The notes under the pieces: model-generated
Databases searched by the model: none
Seen by the model: the letters and a program-made list of their open reading frames with translations, nothing else
Told to the model about the DNA's origin: nothing
Shown here: positions 37,872 through 48,128 of the stretch, in pieces
Numbering within the stretch: the stretch's first letter is position 1
Layout: each line of letters starts with the position of its first letter
IMG/VR virus record: IMGVR_UViG_2595698964_000001
Location: 32,001-96,000 of that record
Reading direction: 5' to 3' (one strand)
Source of the DNA: a virus
Lineage: Duplodnaviria > Caudoviricetes
Length of the DNA: 64,000 nt
Program-made: the position numbers and the translations under genes

Positions 37872-38078
37872 ATGGCTGATAAAAGGAAGAAGCAAACAAA
37901 ATCTGAAACAGAAAACACCAATATTTCTTATGTTCATGTTGATGACTTCTTGCGTCGAAAAGAACTTTCTCCTGAGATGAAAAGAGGGTTCAAAATTTTC
38001 GTTCGTGGTAGATCATACCAGTTGTCAATGGAAGCTTTTGAAAAAGAACTTGAAAAATTCCTTAACCGGAAAATTTAG
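37872..38078 (+). CDS. Small protein preceding the tail sheath gene
   Basis: YVHVDDFL...GFK..V motif; position. Confidence 0.65.
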   Translation: MADKRKKQTKSETENTNISYVHVDDFLRRKELSPEMKRGFKIFVRGRSYQLSMEAFEKELEKFLNRKI

Positions 38079-38092
38079 AAAGGGTGATATAA

Positions 38093-39802
38093 ATGGCTAG
38101 AAACATTGGGGTTAACTTTGATGGTAAACACATTATCCACCCAGGAGCCCACTCTAAGGTAAACGCTGACGGGCTTAACGCGTTAGGACAAGCTGGAGCG
38201 ACCCATATTGCCTTGATTGGTACTTCTGACGGCGGAGAGCCGGGAGTTGTACACTGGTTTGATAACCCGTCCGATGCTAAGGAAGTATTACGAGGTGGAG
38301 ACTTGTATAAAGCTGGAGAACTAGCTTGGACACCTTCCGGTGATGGTACGGGTGCAGGTAGTATTGCTTTCTTACGTGTTGGTGATGCTAAAAAGTCTAG
38401 CTTGAAGAAAGATGGTATGTTGATTGAATCTCTAGATTGGGGAGCACATACTAACAAAATTCAAGTAAAACTAGAAGATGGTGCAGTTGCGAACTCCAAG
38501 CAGATCACTTTCTATTACTGGCCTGATAACATTACTGAAACCTATGACAACATTGGTCCAATTTTTAATGTTAAGTACGATGGCGCAGCTGAAACTGCGA
38601 CTCTTAACGTAATTGGAGACGACGCCGGAAAGGCTAAACAACTCATCATTTCTATTGATGGTTCGGATGTTATGGTTTACCAACTAGGCGATGGTGAATA
38701 CGCAGACATCAACAAAATTGTCTATGACATTAACGAACACGCAGACTTTGAAGCTTCAATGGTAACTGTTGGTAACAAGAACTTAGTATCTGACCAGCTT
38801 GACGTTGTCGCTAACGTTGATATCAAAGGTAAGCAACATACTGTTACAGCTTTGAAAGGTGACTTGATCTATCAAACAAGGTACTCAACGCTATGCTCAA
38901 TTAAGTTTGATGCAAACGGAGTTGTACCTGAAAACTTTGATTTCACTTACATGACAGGAGGATCTGACGGACAAGTCCCTGCTTCTTGGACTAAAGAGAT
39001 TAATAAGTTTTATGGTGAAGGCGTAAAGATCATTGTTCCTCTCACAGGAGATGAAGCGATCCACGCAGAGGTAGCTAGATTCGTAAACAACCAGTCTCAA
39101 GAAGAGGGCTCTAAAATGATTGGTGTTTATGGCGGACGATTGAACGAAACGATTGACGACGTTATTGGTCGCGCCTTAACATTCAATAGTTCTCGCGCAG
39201 TCGTTTGTACACCGGGAATTACTCGACCTATTAATGGTTCGACTGAGAAAGAAACATTACCGCCTTACTTTACAGCTGCACAAGTTGCTGGAAGAATTGC
39301 TGGAAAAGAAACAGGCGAGCCAATTACTCTTGATTACCTAAGTCTAGTCGGTTTAGAACGTGTTTACACTTCAACTGAGATTGACCGTTTGATTGCAGCC
39401 GGTGTAACAGTTGTTGAGTTTGTACGACACGCTAACAAGAAAGGCTACAGAATTGCTCAAGGTGTTACAACTTACCAAGCTGACTCTAACCCTTCATACC
39501 GCGAGATTTCTATGAGACTAGTAACAGACGAACTGTCTGAGGAACTTGTAGCTAATCTTGAGGACTCTTTTGCTGGCGGTAAAGGGACGAGAACAACACT
39601 CGCACTTATCAAGAATGAGGTTCAGTCGTTCCTAGACCAGAAGAAACGGGATGAGGTAATTGTAGACTACGACGCCGAGAGTGTGCAAGTAACACTTGAT
39701 GGTGACAAGGTTTATGTCGGTTACAGCGTAATCCCAGTTGGAGCCATCAACTATATCTTGATCACCACTAAATATTATCAAGAACAGCTTATCGCTGAAT
39801 AA
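38093..39802 (+). CDS. Tail sheath protein
   Basis: 569 aa; LIGTSDGGEPG, RGGDL..AGELAW, PLT..EAIHAE and RIAQGVTTY motifs. Confidence 0.93.
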   Translation: MARNIGVNFDGKHIIHPGAHSKVNADGLNALGQAGATHIALIGTSDGGEPGVVHWFDNPSDAKEVLRGGDLYKAGELAWTPSGDGTGAGSIAFLRVGDAKKSSLKKDGMLIESLDWGAHTNKIQVKLEDGAVANSKQITFYYWPDNITETYDNIGPIFNVKYDGAAETATLNVIGDDAGKAKQLIISIDGSDVMVYQLGDGEYADINKIVYDINEHADFEASMVTVGNKNLVSDQLDVVANVDIKGKQHTVTALKGDLIYQTRYSTLCSIKFDANGVVPENFDFTYMTGGSDGQVPASWTKEINKFYGEGVKIIVPLTGDEAIHAEVARFVNNQSQEEGSKMIGVYGGRLNETIDDVIGRALTFNSSRAVVCTPGITRPINGSTEKETLPPYFTAAQVAGRIAGKETGEPITLDYLSLVGLERVYTSTEIDRLIAAGVTVVEFVRHANKKGYRIAQGVTTYQADSNPSYREISMRLVTDELSEELVANLEDSFAGGKGTRTTLALIKNEVQSFLDQKKRDEVIVDYDAESVQVTLDGDKVYVGYSVIPVGAINYILITTKYYQEQLIAE

Positions 39803-39822
39803 TTACAAAGGAGGAGATATAG

Positions 39823-40248
39823 ATGGCAACTCAAGCTAAACAGACAGTTCATACTGGTGCTACGGTACTACTTATGATTAAAAACAAAGTTGTCGGGCGT
39901 GCACAAGGTCTCGATGGTCGTCGATCCTTTGGTACTGAAGGTGTTTACGAGATTGGTTCTATCATGCCTCAAGAACACGTTCAAAACCGTTACGAAGGTA
40001 GTTTCACCCTAGACCGTTTCTTTGTTAAGAAAAAATCCCTAGCTGATCTTGATTTAGCTCCGTTGGGCGAAGACGTTCTTAAACTAGACATCTTTGACGT
40101 TGTAATTGTAGACAAGGAAACAAACTCTATCCTACGTGCATACCGCGGTTGTACTGTATCCGAGTACAGCGAGACTTTCCGAGTCGGTCAGATTTCCGGG
40201 GAGAACGCTACATTCCAGTATTTAAAAGCGTCCGACTCTAAAAACTAA
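39823..40248 (+). CDS. Tail tube protein
   Basis: QTVHTG..V.LMIKN..VGRAQ and FGTEGVYEIGSIMPQEHV motifs. Confidence 0.93.
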   Translation: MATQAKQTVHTGATVLLMIKNKVVGRAQGLDGRRSFGTEGVYEIGSIMPQEHVQNRYEGSFTLDRFFVKKKSLADLDLAPLGEDVLKLDIFDVVIVDKETNSILRAYRGCTVSEYSETFRVGQISGENATFQYLKASDSKN

Positions 40249-40263
40249 ATTGTAAACGAATCT

Positions 40264-40292
40264 AAGACATGGGAGTTATTTCCATGTCTTTT
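40264..40292 (+). terminator. Terminator after the tail tube gene
   Basis: AAGACATGGGA-GTTAT-TTCCATGTCTTTT. Confidence 0.75.
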
Positions 40293-40311
40293 AATTTTAG
40301 GAGGTAATATA

Positions 40312-40701
40312 ATGGATCAAAATAGATTAATCGGTAAAGGAATTTTAGCAGGTACTGGAAGACAACTTACAAAGGATTTGGACTTTACAGAATTCGACCC
40401 TAAATATACAGGACGCTTTATTTTTAAACATCCAACGGTTCTCGATCAGATGAACATAGACGTGTTGAAAACTCAAATGCTACAAGGATTTGAAACACCT
40501 TCTATCATCGCAGACAACATCGCACATATGTCATCGACTCTTACTGTAGTCTTAGTAGAAGCCCCGGAATGGTTCAAGATCAATGAGATTTACGACTATG
40601 AAATCCTAGATCGGGTTTATGAGGAGTACCTGCAATGGTACCGCACCTTTCGAAGAAAAGATAGACAAGGTAACACTCAAGGAGATAGCAAGACATCCTG
40701 A
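40312..40701 (+). CDS. Tail assembly chaperone (gpG-like)
   Basis: Between the tube and tape measure genes; overlaps the next ORF, which is in the +1 frame. Confidence 0.75.
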   Translation: MDQNRLIGKGILAGTGRQLTKDLDFTEFDPKYTGRFIFKHPTVLDQMNIDVLKTQMLQGFETPSIIADNIAHMSSTLTVVLVEAPEWFKINEIYDYEILDRVYEEYLQWYRTFRRKDRQGNTQGDSKTS

Positions 40702-41116
40702 CAACCTATTTGACTACTGGATTTGTAAGGAGTTTAAAGTACTCCCGTCAAGCCCGGACTTCCAAAACTTGACGCAGCTTCAAAAGGATATGCTTTATGA
40801 GCAATATCTCGCGTTCAACCCTGAGATTGCTAAACAACACGAAAGAAAAGCGGTACAACAGGATGAGGAATTTGATGAGATCTGGGAAGCAGAAGAGACA
40901 CCAGAAGTAATAGCCGACAACTCTGTTGTCGTTGAGTCTAGTTTTGATGACTTCGCGGAAGACGCGGGACTCGCAGAAGAGAATATTCCATACTCTGACG
41001 CTGCAAAGAACATTCTTGCGAGAATTGAGAAAAAGCTATCAGAGTCTGGGGAAAGAACTGAAACACAATTAAGCGTTGAAGACAACGACGATGATTGGGA
41101 GGAGGTTGATGACTAA
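40649..41116 (+). CDS. Tail assembly chaperone extension (gpT-like), probably reached by a +1 frameshift
   Basis: No RBS for its own ATG at 40619; ACC-TTT-CGA slip site at 40645-40653. Confidence 0.65.
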   Translation, partial: FEEKIDKVTLKEIARHPDNLFDYWICKEFKVLPSSPDFQNLTQLQKDMLYEQYLAFNPEIAKQHERKAVQQDEEFDEIWEAEETPEVIADNSVVVESSFDDFAEDAGLAEENIPYSDAAKNILARIEKKLSESGERTETQLSVEDNDDDWEEVDD

Positions 41117-44019
41117 TGGCTCAACAGGAAATCGGTTTAAAGCTGAAGGCTGACACGACGGAGGCCATGAAATCCGTAAAAGAGTTAGAACGCTCTGTTA
41201 ATGGTCTTGAATCGGTAAAACGAAAAGGAGACACAGCAAACGGATTTCTAAACGAGAATGACGTTAGAAACTTTCGTCGTATGAGCGAACAAGCTGAAAC
41301 TGTATACAAAAATTTTCTTAACCGATACTCAACCATGCAACGAGAGTTTGAGAAACGTAAAGGCGAGCTTCAGAGACAAATTGAGACAGGGTCAAACCAT
41401 ACCGAGGTAAACGCTGCTAGAGCAGAGCTTCGTCGAATTGACTCGCAAAGTACTCTTTTAGAAACTCAAGCTCGGGCTGCTGAAAACCTACGTAATAGGC
41501 AAACCTCCTCCCAGTCTGATATTAGCAACATGAGACAGGAAAATGGCGGAACTATGTTGATGGGCGGGCTGTCTAGAGGAGCTATGAGTGCGCTGGCTGG
41601 TACATTAGCAGTCAGCCATCTTTTTGGTTTGGCGAAACAAGGTATGGGAATGGTTAAGAGTGAAGAAGAGTATATGGCGCAACTAGGTAACCGTATGGGC
41701 GGTTATGGAGGCGACTATACTCAAGCTAGAAAAGATGCTATGGATACTGGGATGACTAATGGTTACAAAGCTCAAGAGACCATGATGTTGACTGACCAGT
41801 TTACTAACATGGCAGGTACAAGGTCTAAGGAGAAGACTTGGAATGATATTCAAGACATCCAAACCTCTTCTAGAGCAATGGGAGTTGACTCGAGCACTCT
41901 GGCCAACGCAGGAGGTTTTCTAAACAAAGTTGGCGCGTTACAAGACGGAGATCAGAGGAAGTTCGCTAACCTTATAGCAGGGGCAATTAAAAAAGAAGGT
42001 ATGGAAGGGCGCGACACTGAACTCATAGAAGCGGTCAACTCTATGGCTGTAAACTCTGCAAGTAACCAAGTTAACCTGTCCAAGTCTCAACTTGATCAAC
42101 TGGTCGGGTTCCAAACGATGCTAGGCTCCAAAGAAGAGGGATGGAAAGGTCAACGCGGTGCCGATATCGCATCATCAATTGACCAAGGTATCAAAGGTGG
42201 AGACAACCGCGTTGACATGCTACTTGGTTGGGGTTCTGAGTATCAAGGTGTTAGCGGACGTGCAGAGCTTGAACGGATGAAAGCGAAGGGGATTACAGAC
42301 CCTGAAAATGTCTCAAAAATATTTAGCAATCTAGACAAGGTCGCAGGGGGTAATAAAGACTATCAAGCCCTCATGGTATCGGATATGTTCGGCGTCAGTA
42401 TCGACCAAGCAGACAGACTGCTAGAGCCTGATATCATGGAGTCTTTAAAGAAGGGCGGTATGTCGAAGAAAGAGATAGACTCCTTACTCAAGTCTGGTGA
42501 CAGCGTTGTTGATAAGAAATCTGAAGAATATCAAGGTTCTAAAGCTGCATCCCGAGCAAGGACGGACGCTCAATGGGAAGAAACAAAGAAATCCGGAGGA
42601 GAGTTCTTGGATAATCTTTGGAGACCTGCGGCAGAGTTCTTTACAGGTCTCGACCCCTCAACACAATGGGGAGCCATGGGTATGGGAGCTGCGGGAGCTA
42701 CAATTGGTGGCTCTAAAGCGTTAGGACTTCTTAAGGGGAAATTCCCTCAGTTATTTGGTTCTACAGTCGGAGAAGCTGGAGCAGCGGGGGCGGCTGGTGC
42801 TGGAAGCACTGCAGCTGCATCTGGAGGTATTGGCGCCGCATTAAAGAAAGTTCTTGGTCCATTAGGAACACTAACATCAATTTCTGCGGGTGGTGATATG
42901 GTAGATGGGTTTAGTGACTGGTTATTTGGTCACAGCAAAGGGGATGAAAAGCAACGCGGTATTTTAGACCCCCGTGCGTTAAACCCTTGGGACAAAAAAG
43001 AGAAATACACAGACAGCAAACAGGGGTTTTTACCTTGGTTGTTTGGTGACGACTCTCAGATCAAGGATGACGAGGACGCAAAGACCAAAGCCAAGAAAAC
43101 TTCTAATGGGAAAAAGGACGACGAACAAAAGTCTAAGAGCAAAGAGATGATCGAACTTGAAGCCAAGAACTTAGACAAGAAAGAGTCGTTACTCAACACA
43201 GAAGCCAAACTCAAAGAAAAAGAAGCTAACAATGTTAAACAGCTTAAAGCGGAGAGCACCGATTATAAAAACAACGCAAGTCTTAAAGGCGAGAAAGAGG
43301 ATAAAGGATTCTTTGGAAACCTTTGGGACGGTATTAAAAGTTGGTTTGGCTTTGGAGATGACTCTGGGTCTGGTGCGACACAAACAGCATACGGCGGAGG
43401 GAGTAAGGCGACAGGTTCTAATGCAGCGTTAAGAAACCAAAACCTTAAAGCTGGCGGATCAACGATGACTGCTGCACAAGTTAATCGTTGGATTGACAGC
43501 AAAGCACCTAAAGGGTCAATACTCAGAGGACAGGGCGCTGCTTTTGTAAAGGCGGCTCAGGAGTCTGGTTTGGATGTAAAATATCTTGTAGCCCACGCTG
43601 CACATGAGACTGGTTGGGGAACATCTAATATCGCAAAGAAAAAAGGAAACTTCTATGGTATTGGAGCCTTTGATAACAGCCCAATGGCGTCAGCCTACAA
43701 ATACGGAGGCACATCTGAGGGTATTGTCGAAGGTGCGAAGTGGATAGCCAAGAACTATGTAAACAAAGGACAAAATACTCTAAATAAAATGAGACATAAC
43801 AACGGTGTCCACGAGTACGCTACTGACCCTGACTGGGATAAGAAAATTGCTAACATTATGGCGGGTGCTCCTACCGGGACACTTAACGTGAAGGTTAGTG
43901 GAGGGATTACTGGTTTAAGTGCTGAGAACAACGCTAAGGTAACATCAGCGCTCACCACTACAATCAAAAACAGCAAACTCGCCAAGAATACAACGCAAGG
44001 TAACGGAGGTTGGTTATAA
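41116..44019 (+). CDS. Tape measure protein with a C-terminal glucosaminidase (GH73)-like domain
   Basis: Long Ala/Gly-rich helical protein; LVAHAAHETGWG, NFYGIGAFD and YATDPDW motifs. Confidence 0.88.
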   Translation: MAQQEIGLKLKADTTEAMKSVKELERSVNGLESVKRKGDTANGFLNENDVRNFRRMSEQAETVYKNFLNRYSTMQREFEKRKGELQRQIETGSNHTEVNAARAELRRIDSQSTLLETQARAAENLRNRQTSSQSDISNMRQENGGTMLMGGLSRGAMSALAGTLAVSHLFGLAKQGMGMVKSEEEYMAQLGNRMGGYGGDYTQARKDAMDTGMTNGYKAQETMMLTDQFTNMAGTRSKEKTWNDIQDIQTSSRAMGVDSSTLANAGGFLNKVGALQDGDQRKFANLIAGAIKKEGMEGRDTELIEAVNSMAVNSASNQVNLSKSQLDQLVGFQTMLGSKEEGWKGQRGADIASSIDQGIKGGDNRVDMLLGWGSEYQGVSGRAELERMKAKGITDPENVSKIFSNLDKVAGGNKDYQALMVSDMFGVSIDQADRLLEPDIMESLKKGGMSKKEIDSLLKSGDSVVDKKSEEYQGSKAASRARTDAQWEETKKSGGEFLDNLWRPAAEFFTGLDPSTQWGAMGMGAAGATIGGSKALGLLKGKFPQLFGSTVGEAGAAGAAGAGSTAAASGGIGAALKKVLGPLGTLTSISAGGDMVDGFSDWLFGHSKGDEKQRGILDPRALNPWDKKEKYTDSKQGFLPWLFGDDSQIKDDEDAKTKAKKTSNGKKDDEQKSKSKEMIELEAKNLDKKESLLNTEAKLKEKEANNVKQLKAESTDYKNNASLKGEKEDKGFFGNLWDGIKSWFGFGDDSGSGATQTAYGGGSKATGSNAALRNQNLKAGGSTMTAAQVNRWIDSKAPKGSILRGQGAAFVKAAQESGLDVKYLVAHAAHETGWGTSNIAKKKGNFYGIGAFDNSPMASAYKYGGTSEGIVEGAKWIAKNYVNKGQNTLNKMRHNNGVHEYATDPDWDKKIANIMAGAPTGTLNVKVSGGITGLSAENNAKVTSALTTTIKNSKLAKNTTQGNGGWL

Positions 44020-45797
44020 TGGGGAAAGTTAAACGCTTTAAACCTGAAGCCACTGTCTCGTTCTATACAGAAAAGGGTGAAATTGTAGCAAGATCAAAAC
44101 CAAAAAAGCAGGGCGACGCTATTGACGGCGACGTCCTGCAAATAAGCACTCAAAATGACCTCGCTAATGATGCGGGGGTTTTTCAAATTGTCTTGACAGC
44201 GAAAAACCGTTGGGACAAGAAGATCGCGTCAAACGACTTGGTTATTATCAAAATGCATAGAAACGACGACGATAAAGAAGACCAAACGATAATGTTTGGA
44301 TTGGTTGATGACGTAAGGAAGACGGTTTCTGTAGGAGACGAGACCGTTGAGCGGAACGTGCTAATCATGGGAAGGAACTTTGCAAAAGCGCTAATCAACT
44401 TTGAAGTAGGGGTTGTTCAAGAGGTTGAAATGACAACAGCCAGCTTGGGTTGGTTAGAAGGTCGGGTTAACTTTATGGGGGAGAACGCCGCGAATATTGT
44501 TAAGCAGGTTATGAACGACTTAGTGTTCAAATATATGGAATACGAGTTTGAGAATGGTAAGAAAATCAAAGAACTAGTGCATATGAAATTAAGCTCGAGA
44601 AAAGGAGAACGACTATTTGATGATAAATCGTTTATAAACTTTCAAGGTTCAATGTACTCCTTTCTGAAAGAAATTGTAGACGAACCGTTCAACCAGATGT
44701 TTTGGGAGACTTACAAAGGTAAGAATACCTTAGTCGTCCGAGAGACGCCCTTTAACAAGGATAACTGGAACGATCTAAAACGTCATGAGATAACTGATGA
44801 TGACGTGGTAAGCGAGTCAATTGGGAGATCTGATCTTGAATCATACGCCTTGTTCTCTGTAGGTATGCAGTCATTCTTCAACTCGTTCGACGTTAGTAAA
44901 ACAGTTAACGTTTTCCCTCTATGGTATGAGCCGTACTTTAAAAAATACGGGCTACGTCGTTTGAACAGATACACAGCCTATGTAGGATATGGTAACGCGG
45001 AGGACGCAGGAGACGTAAATACCAAACTTGAAAGCTATCAGCGGGATTTGTTTAATTGGAACATAATGAACCCGACATTTTTTAATGGTACGATAGTTGT
45101 AAAGGGACGTAACAAATACAAAATCGGTGAGCGACTTCTTTACAAGTCTACAGAGGACGGTAGAGACATTGAGTTCTTTGTAGAAGGTGTCTCTCAAGAG
45201 TTCGTTAACATGAATCACTGGTATACTACACTAACTGTAACAAGGGGATTAGAGGACTCTGGAAAGAACAGGTTTAAGAAGCCTTGGGGCGAAGGTGTAG
45301 CTTACCAAGGAGGAGCACTAGGTACTCCGGCTGCTGCTGATATGGTTGACGCAGGAACTACTGATGGAATTGTTTACCCGGGAGGTAGCGCAGAAGGTAT
45401 CGCAGCCCAACTAATCGCCAACGCTAAAAGCTGGTTAAACAAACCAAACAAGTATGTATTTGGAGGCGGTCGCAACACTAGTGACATAATGGCTGGAAGG
45501 TTTGACTGTTCGTCTTGGGTTCGGTATATATTTGAGACAGTAGGAATAAACGTTGGGCCAATATCCGGAACCACAACAGACACTTTAGCCAAACAGGGGT
45601 CTCCTGTAAAGTCAGTTATGGCGCTTAAGCCGGGGGATTTAGTTATGTTTAACACGTACAAACATAACGGTCATGTAACAATTTACCTTGGAAATGGAGA
45701 GGCTATTGGTTCCCAGAGTAGTACCGGAGTAGGTATAATAAAAGTTTCAACTTGGCAGAACAAATATGGACTTGGAAGTTTACGTCGTATTTTGTAA
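44019..45797 (+). CDS. Baseplate hub / tail lysin with a C-terminal NlpC/P60 peptidase
   Basis: YVFGG, FDCSS, LKPGDLVMF and GHVTIYLG motifs. Confidence 0.85.
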   Translation: MGKVKRFKPEATVSFYTEKGEIVARSKPKKQGDAIDGDVLQISTQNDLANDAGVFQIVLTAKNRWDKKIASNDLVIIKMHRNDDDKEDQTIMFGLVDDVRKTVSVGDETVERNVLIMGRNFAKALINFEVGVVQEVEMTTASLGWLEGRVNFMGENAANIVKQVMNDLVFKYMEYEFENGKKIKELVHMKLSSRKGERLFDDKSFINFQGSMYSFLKEIVDEPFNQMFWETYKGKNTLVVRETPFNKDNWNDLKRHEITDDDVVSESIGRSDLESYALFSVGMQSFFNSFDVSKTVNVFPLWYEPYFKKYGLRRLNRYTAYVGYGNAEDAGDVNTKLESYQRDLFNWNIMNPTFFNGTIVVKGRNKYKIGERLLYKSTEDGRDIEFFVEGVSQEFVNMNHWYTTLTVTRGLEDSGKNRFKKPWGEGVAYQGGALGTPAAADMVDAGTTDGIVYPGGSAEGIAAQLIANAKSWLNKPNKYVFGGGRNTSDIMAGRFDCSSWVRYIFETVGINVGPISGTTTDTLAKQGSPVKSVMALKPGDLVMFNTYKHNGHVTIYLGNGEAIGSQSSTGVGIIKVSTWQNKYGLGSLRRIL

Positions 45798-45809
45798 GGA
45801 GGTTGTAAA

Positions 45810-46940
45810 ATGGATGAGATACGTCTTCAGAGTTCCCTTGGGGGATTAAAAGAAATTGATAGACCTGATATGCAAATGTCAGGTCTGATAACTGTAGCTA
45901 AGGTTCTCAAAGTACACCATAAATCTGGGACAGCTGATGTAGTAGTTGTAAACACCAAAGACACATTTACTTCTTCTGAACAGAACGAAGGGAAGTTTGC
46001 TGCGAGAATCCTGACTGAGTTCGCTGGGTATGACGCGAAAAGAGAAAAATATTGGGGCTCTATCGCGCCTATTGCAGAAGGTTCTTTGGTACTCTTAGGG
46101 TTTTTGGATAACCTTAAAAACAGACCCGTTATTCTAGGGCAATTCCATCGCCCAGACGAGACGGAAAACGTTCTCCCTAGCGTTTACCCTTTAAGGGAGA
46201 AAAAAGCCGGGTACAACCGCAGAGAGGCTTTAAAAAGCCTAACTGTTTATCCTTCTATGGCATACAAGAAAGTTGACGGAGATTCGAACATGGAGTTTGC
46301 TCACGCCTCTAAGTCATTCTTTGCGGCTTACAACACAGCGACTGACGTACAAGAGTATATAACAGATGACCATGGAGGATTTGATCATCAAAACCTTTCT
46401 GAGATGGATCGCCGGACGGGGAATGTATTAGAAGCTGATCAAGAAGAGGCGCAGAGCCCGTCTAAGTTTTTGTTTGTTCATCGCTCTAGTTTCGATAACG
46501 AGGAAACAACTTGGACAAAGTTCTTTTTAGAAGCTTCGGGGGCGTTTAGGTTAACACGCGATAACAACGATGGTAAGTTGACATATATGGAGTTCCCTGA
46601 AGAAGGCGGAACACTTATAAGACGTCAGCTAGACACTAACATTCGAGAGGACGCTACAGACTATGCAGAGCTTGATATAGACATAGATGGTGGCGCAAAC
46701 TTGCGGCGTGTTATTGGGGAAAGTATAGCGGAAGTTGGAGTAAACAGCGCTGGTAACGTTCAGCTGACTCATAGTGACGGGAGTTACATGGACATGGGTA
46801 AAGATATAACAATAGAAACTGATGGAGAGATTCTTTCTGAAGCGCTTATACGATTTATTGAGAAACACTTTATCAAAGTTGGGGATGAACCTGTTAATCC
46901 ACTTCCTTATACTCTATGGGTTGACATGAAAGATGAATAG
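45810..46940 (+). CDS. Putative baseplate central spike (OB fold + beta-strand repeats)
   Basis: AKVLKVHHK, EGSLVLLGFL..RPVILG; position after the hub. Confidence 0.65.
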   Translation: MDEIRLQSSLGGLKEIDRPDMQMSGLITVAKVLKVHHKSGTADVVVVNTKDTFTSSEQNEGKFAARILTEFAGYDAKREKYWGSIAPIAEGSLVLLGFLDNLKNRPVILGQFHRPDETENVLPSVYPLREKKAGYNRREALKSLTVYPSMAYKKVDGDSNMEFAHASKSFFAAYNTATDVQEYITDDHGGFDHQNLSEMDRRTGNVLEADQEEAQSPSKFLFVHRSSFDNEETTWTKFFLEASGAFRLTRDNNDGKLTYMEFPEEGGTLIRRQLDTNIREDATDYAELDIDIDGGANLRRVIGESIAEVGVNSAGNVQLTHSDGSYMDMGKDITIETDGEILSEALIRFIEKHFIKVGDEPVNPLPYTLWVDMKDE

Positions 46941-46952
46941 GAGTGATGAACT

Positions 46953-48128
46953 ATGCCTCAAAGCGATGGAGTAAATACATTGAAACGCATGGAGTTCTCG
47001 TTTAAAGGGAAATCCTATAAGTTTAATCTTAACCCAGAAGAGTACACTCAAGACGAACCGAGTAAGTCGCAAGTAACACAGACCAAAAGCGGAGCTTGGG
47101 TCGACGACTTTGGAGCAGGATTGAAGTCAATCTACATGAAGGGGACAACTGGACTAAACAAAGGTAACGGATTCAAGAAGTTTAAAGAGCTTAGAAAGTT
47201 AATACGAGACTACTATAAGGACACTAAGCCCGGTAAAACAATAAAGGATGAACTTATATTCCATAATTTTACAGATGAGGAAAGCTGGGTTGTTCATCCA
47301 GAGCCTTCGGGTTTCCGGTTGTTAAGATCAAAATCTAACCCCTTGTTATATATGTACGAGATACGTCTCGTTTGTCTTCGCGAAACAAAGTATCCGGGAA
47401 CAACTTCAAAGACAGGCGTCGGTAAAACATTAGGAACTCCAGCGAAGTTGAGTACTAAGAGTACTACGAGCTACGAAATTGGAAACTCTTACATCGCGGG
47501 GTCTCTTATGGTCGCAGACAAGATACCTAAGACCCTTGCGTCTTTTGTATCACAACTCAAAGCTCTAGCTGGAGGACAACTAGCAATGACTGGTAAAAAG
47601 ATTTCAACAGCTAACGTTAAGACACTCGACCTTCAATTTTTTGCTAGCGGAAACGATTTACTTGATACGCTAGAGATTGAGTTTGATCCTGTAATTTCCA
47701 AACTCGCGACAGGTATTCTTCAGCAGATAAAAGATGGAGTTTTACTAACAAGGATGAAAGACAATGACTTGTCGCTACTCGTTGACAAAATTAGAACACT
47801 CGAGCAAGATACTTTAGACCCAGAAGTGATGACTGGTTTACAAAGCGTACTCCTAGAGCTCTTGTCTGTGTCAAGGCAAATAATTGAAGACCCCGAAAAA
47901 CTTCGCGTGGACTTCTCTATTGATGATCTTAAGCGACTTCGGCGGAATTTACGCTGGGTTACGAACAAGATGGCAGAAAGAAAAGCGGTAGACTATAGCT
48001 TTGTTGAAGAGCTTCGTTGGCTTGAAAGAGCTGTTATGTATCTAATGGATTCTAACTTGTTTGAGGACAACATTGAATCCGAGATCATCAAAGTAAACGT
48101 TTCTATGGGGAGGGTTACTGATGGCTGA
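46953..48128 (+). CDS. Tail tube initiator/baseplate protein
   Basis: MPQSDG..LKR, FNLNPE, DFGAG..I..GTTG, FHNFTD and PLLYMYEI motifs; internal LDLQFFAS. Confidence 0.7.
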   Translation: MPQSDGVNTLKRMEFSFKGKSYKFNLNPEEYTQDEPSKSQVTQTKSGAWVDDFGAGLKSIYMKGTTGLNKGNGFKKFKELRKLIRDYYKDTKPGKTIKDELIFHNFTDEESWVVHPEPSGFRLLRSKSNPLLYMYEIRLVCLRETKYPGTTSKTGVGKTLGTPAKLSTKSTTSYEIGNSYIAGSLMVADKIPKTLASFVSQLKALAGGQLAMTGKKISTANVKTLDLQFFASGNDLLDTLEIEFDPVISKLATGILQQIKDGVLLTRMKDNDLSLLVDKIRTLEQDTLDPEVMTGLQSVLLELLSVSRQIIEDPEKLRVDFSIDDLKRLRRNLRWVTNKMAERKAVDYSFVEELRWLERAVMYLMDSNLFEDNIESEIIKVNVSMGRVTDG

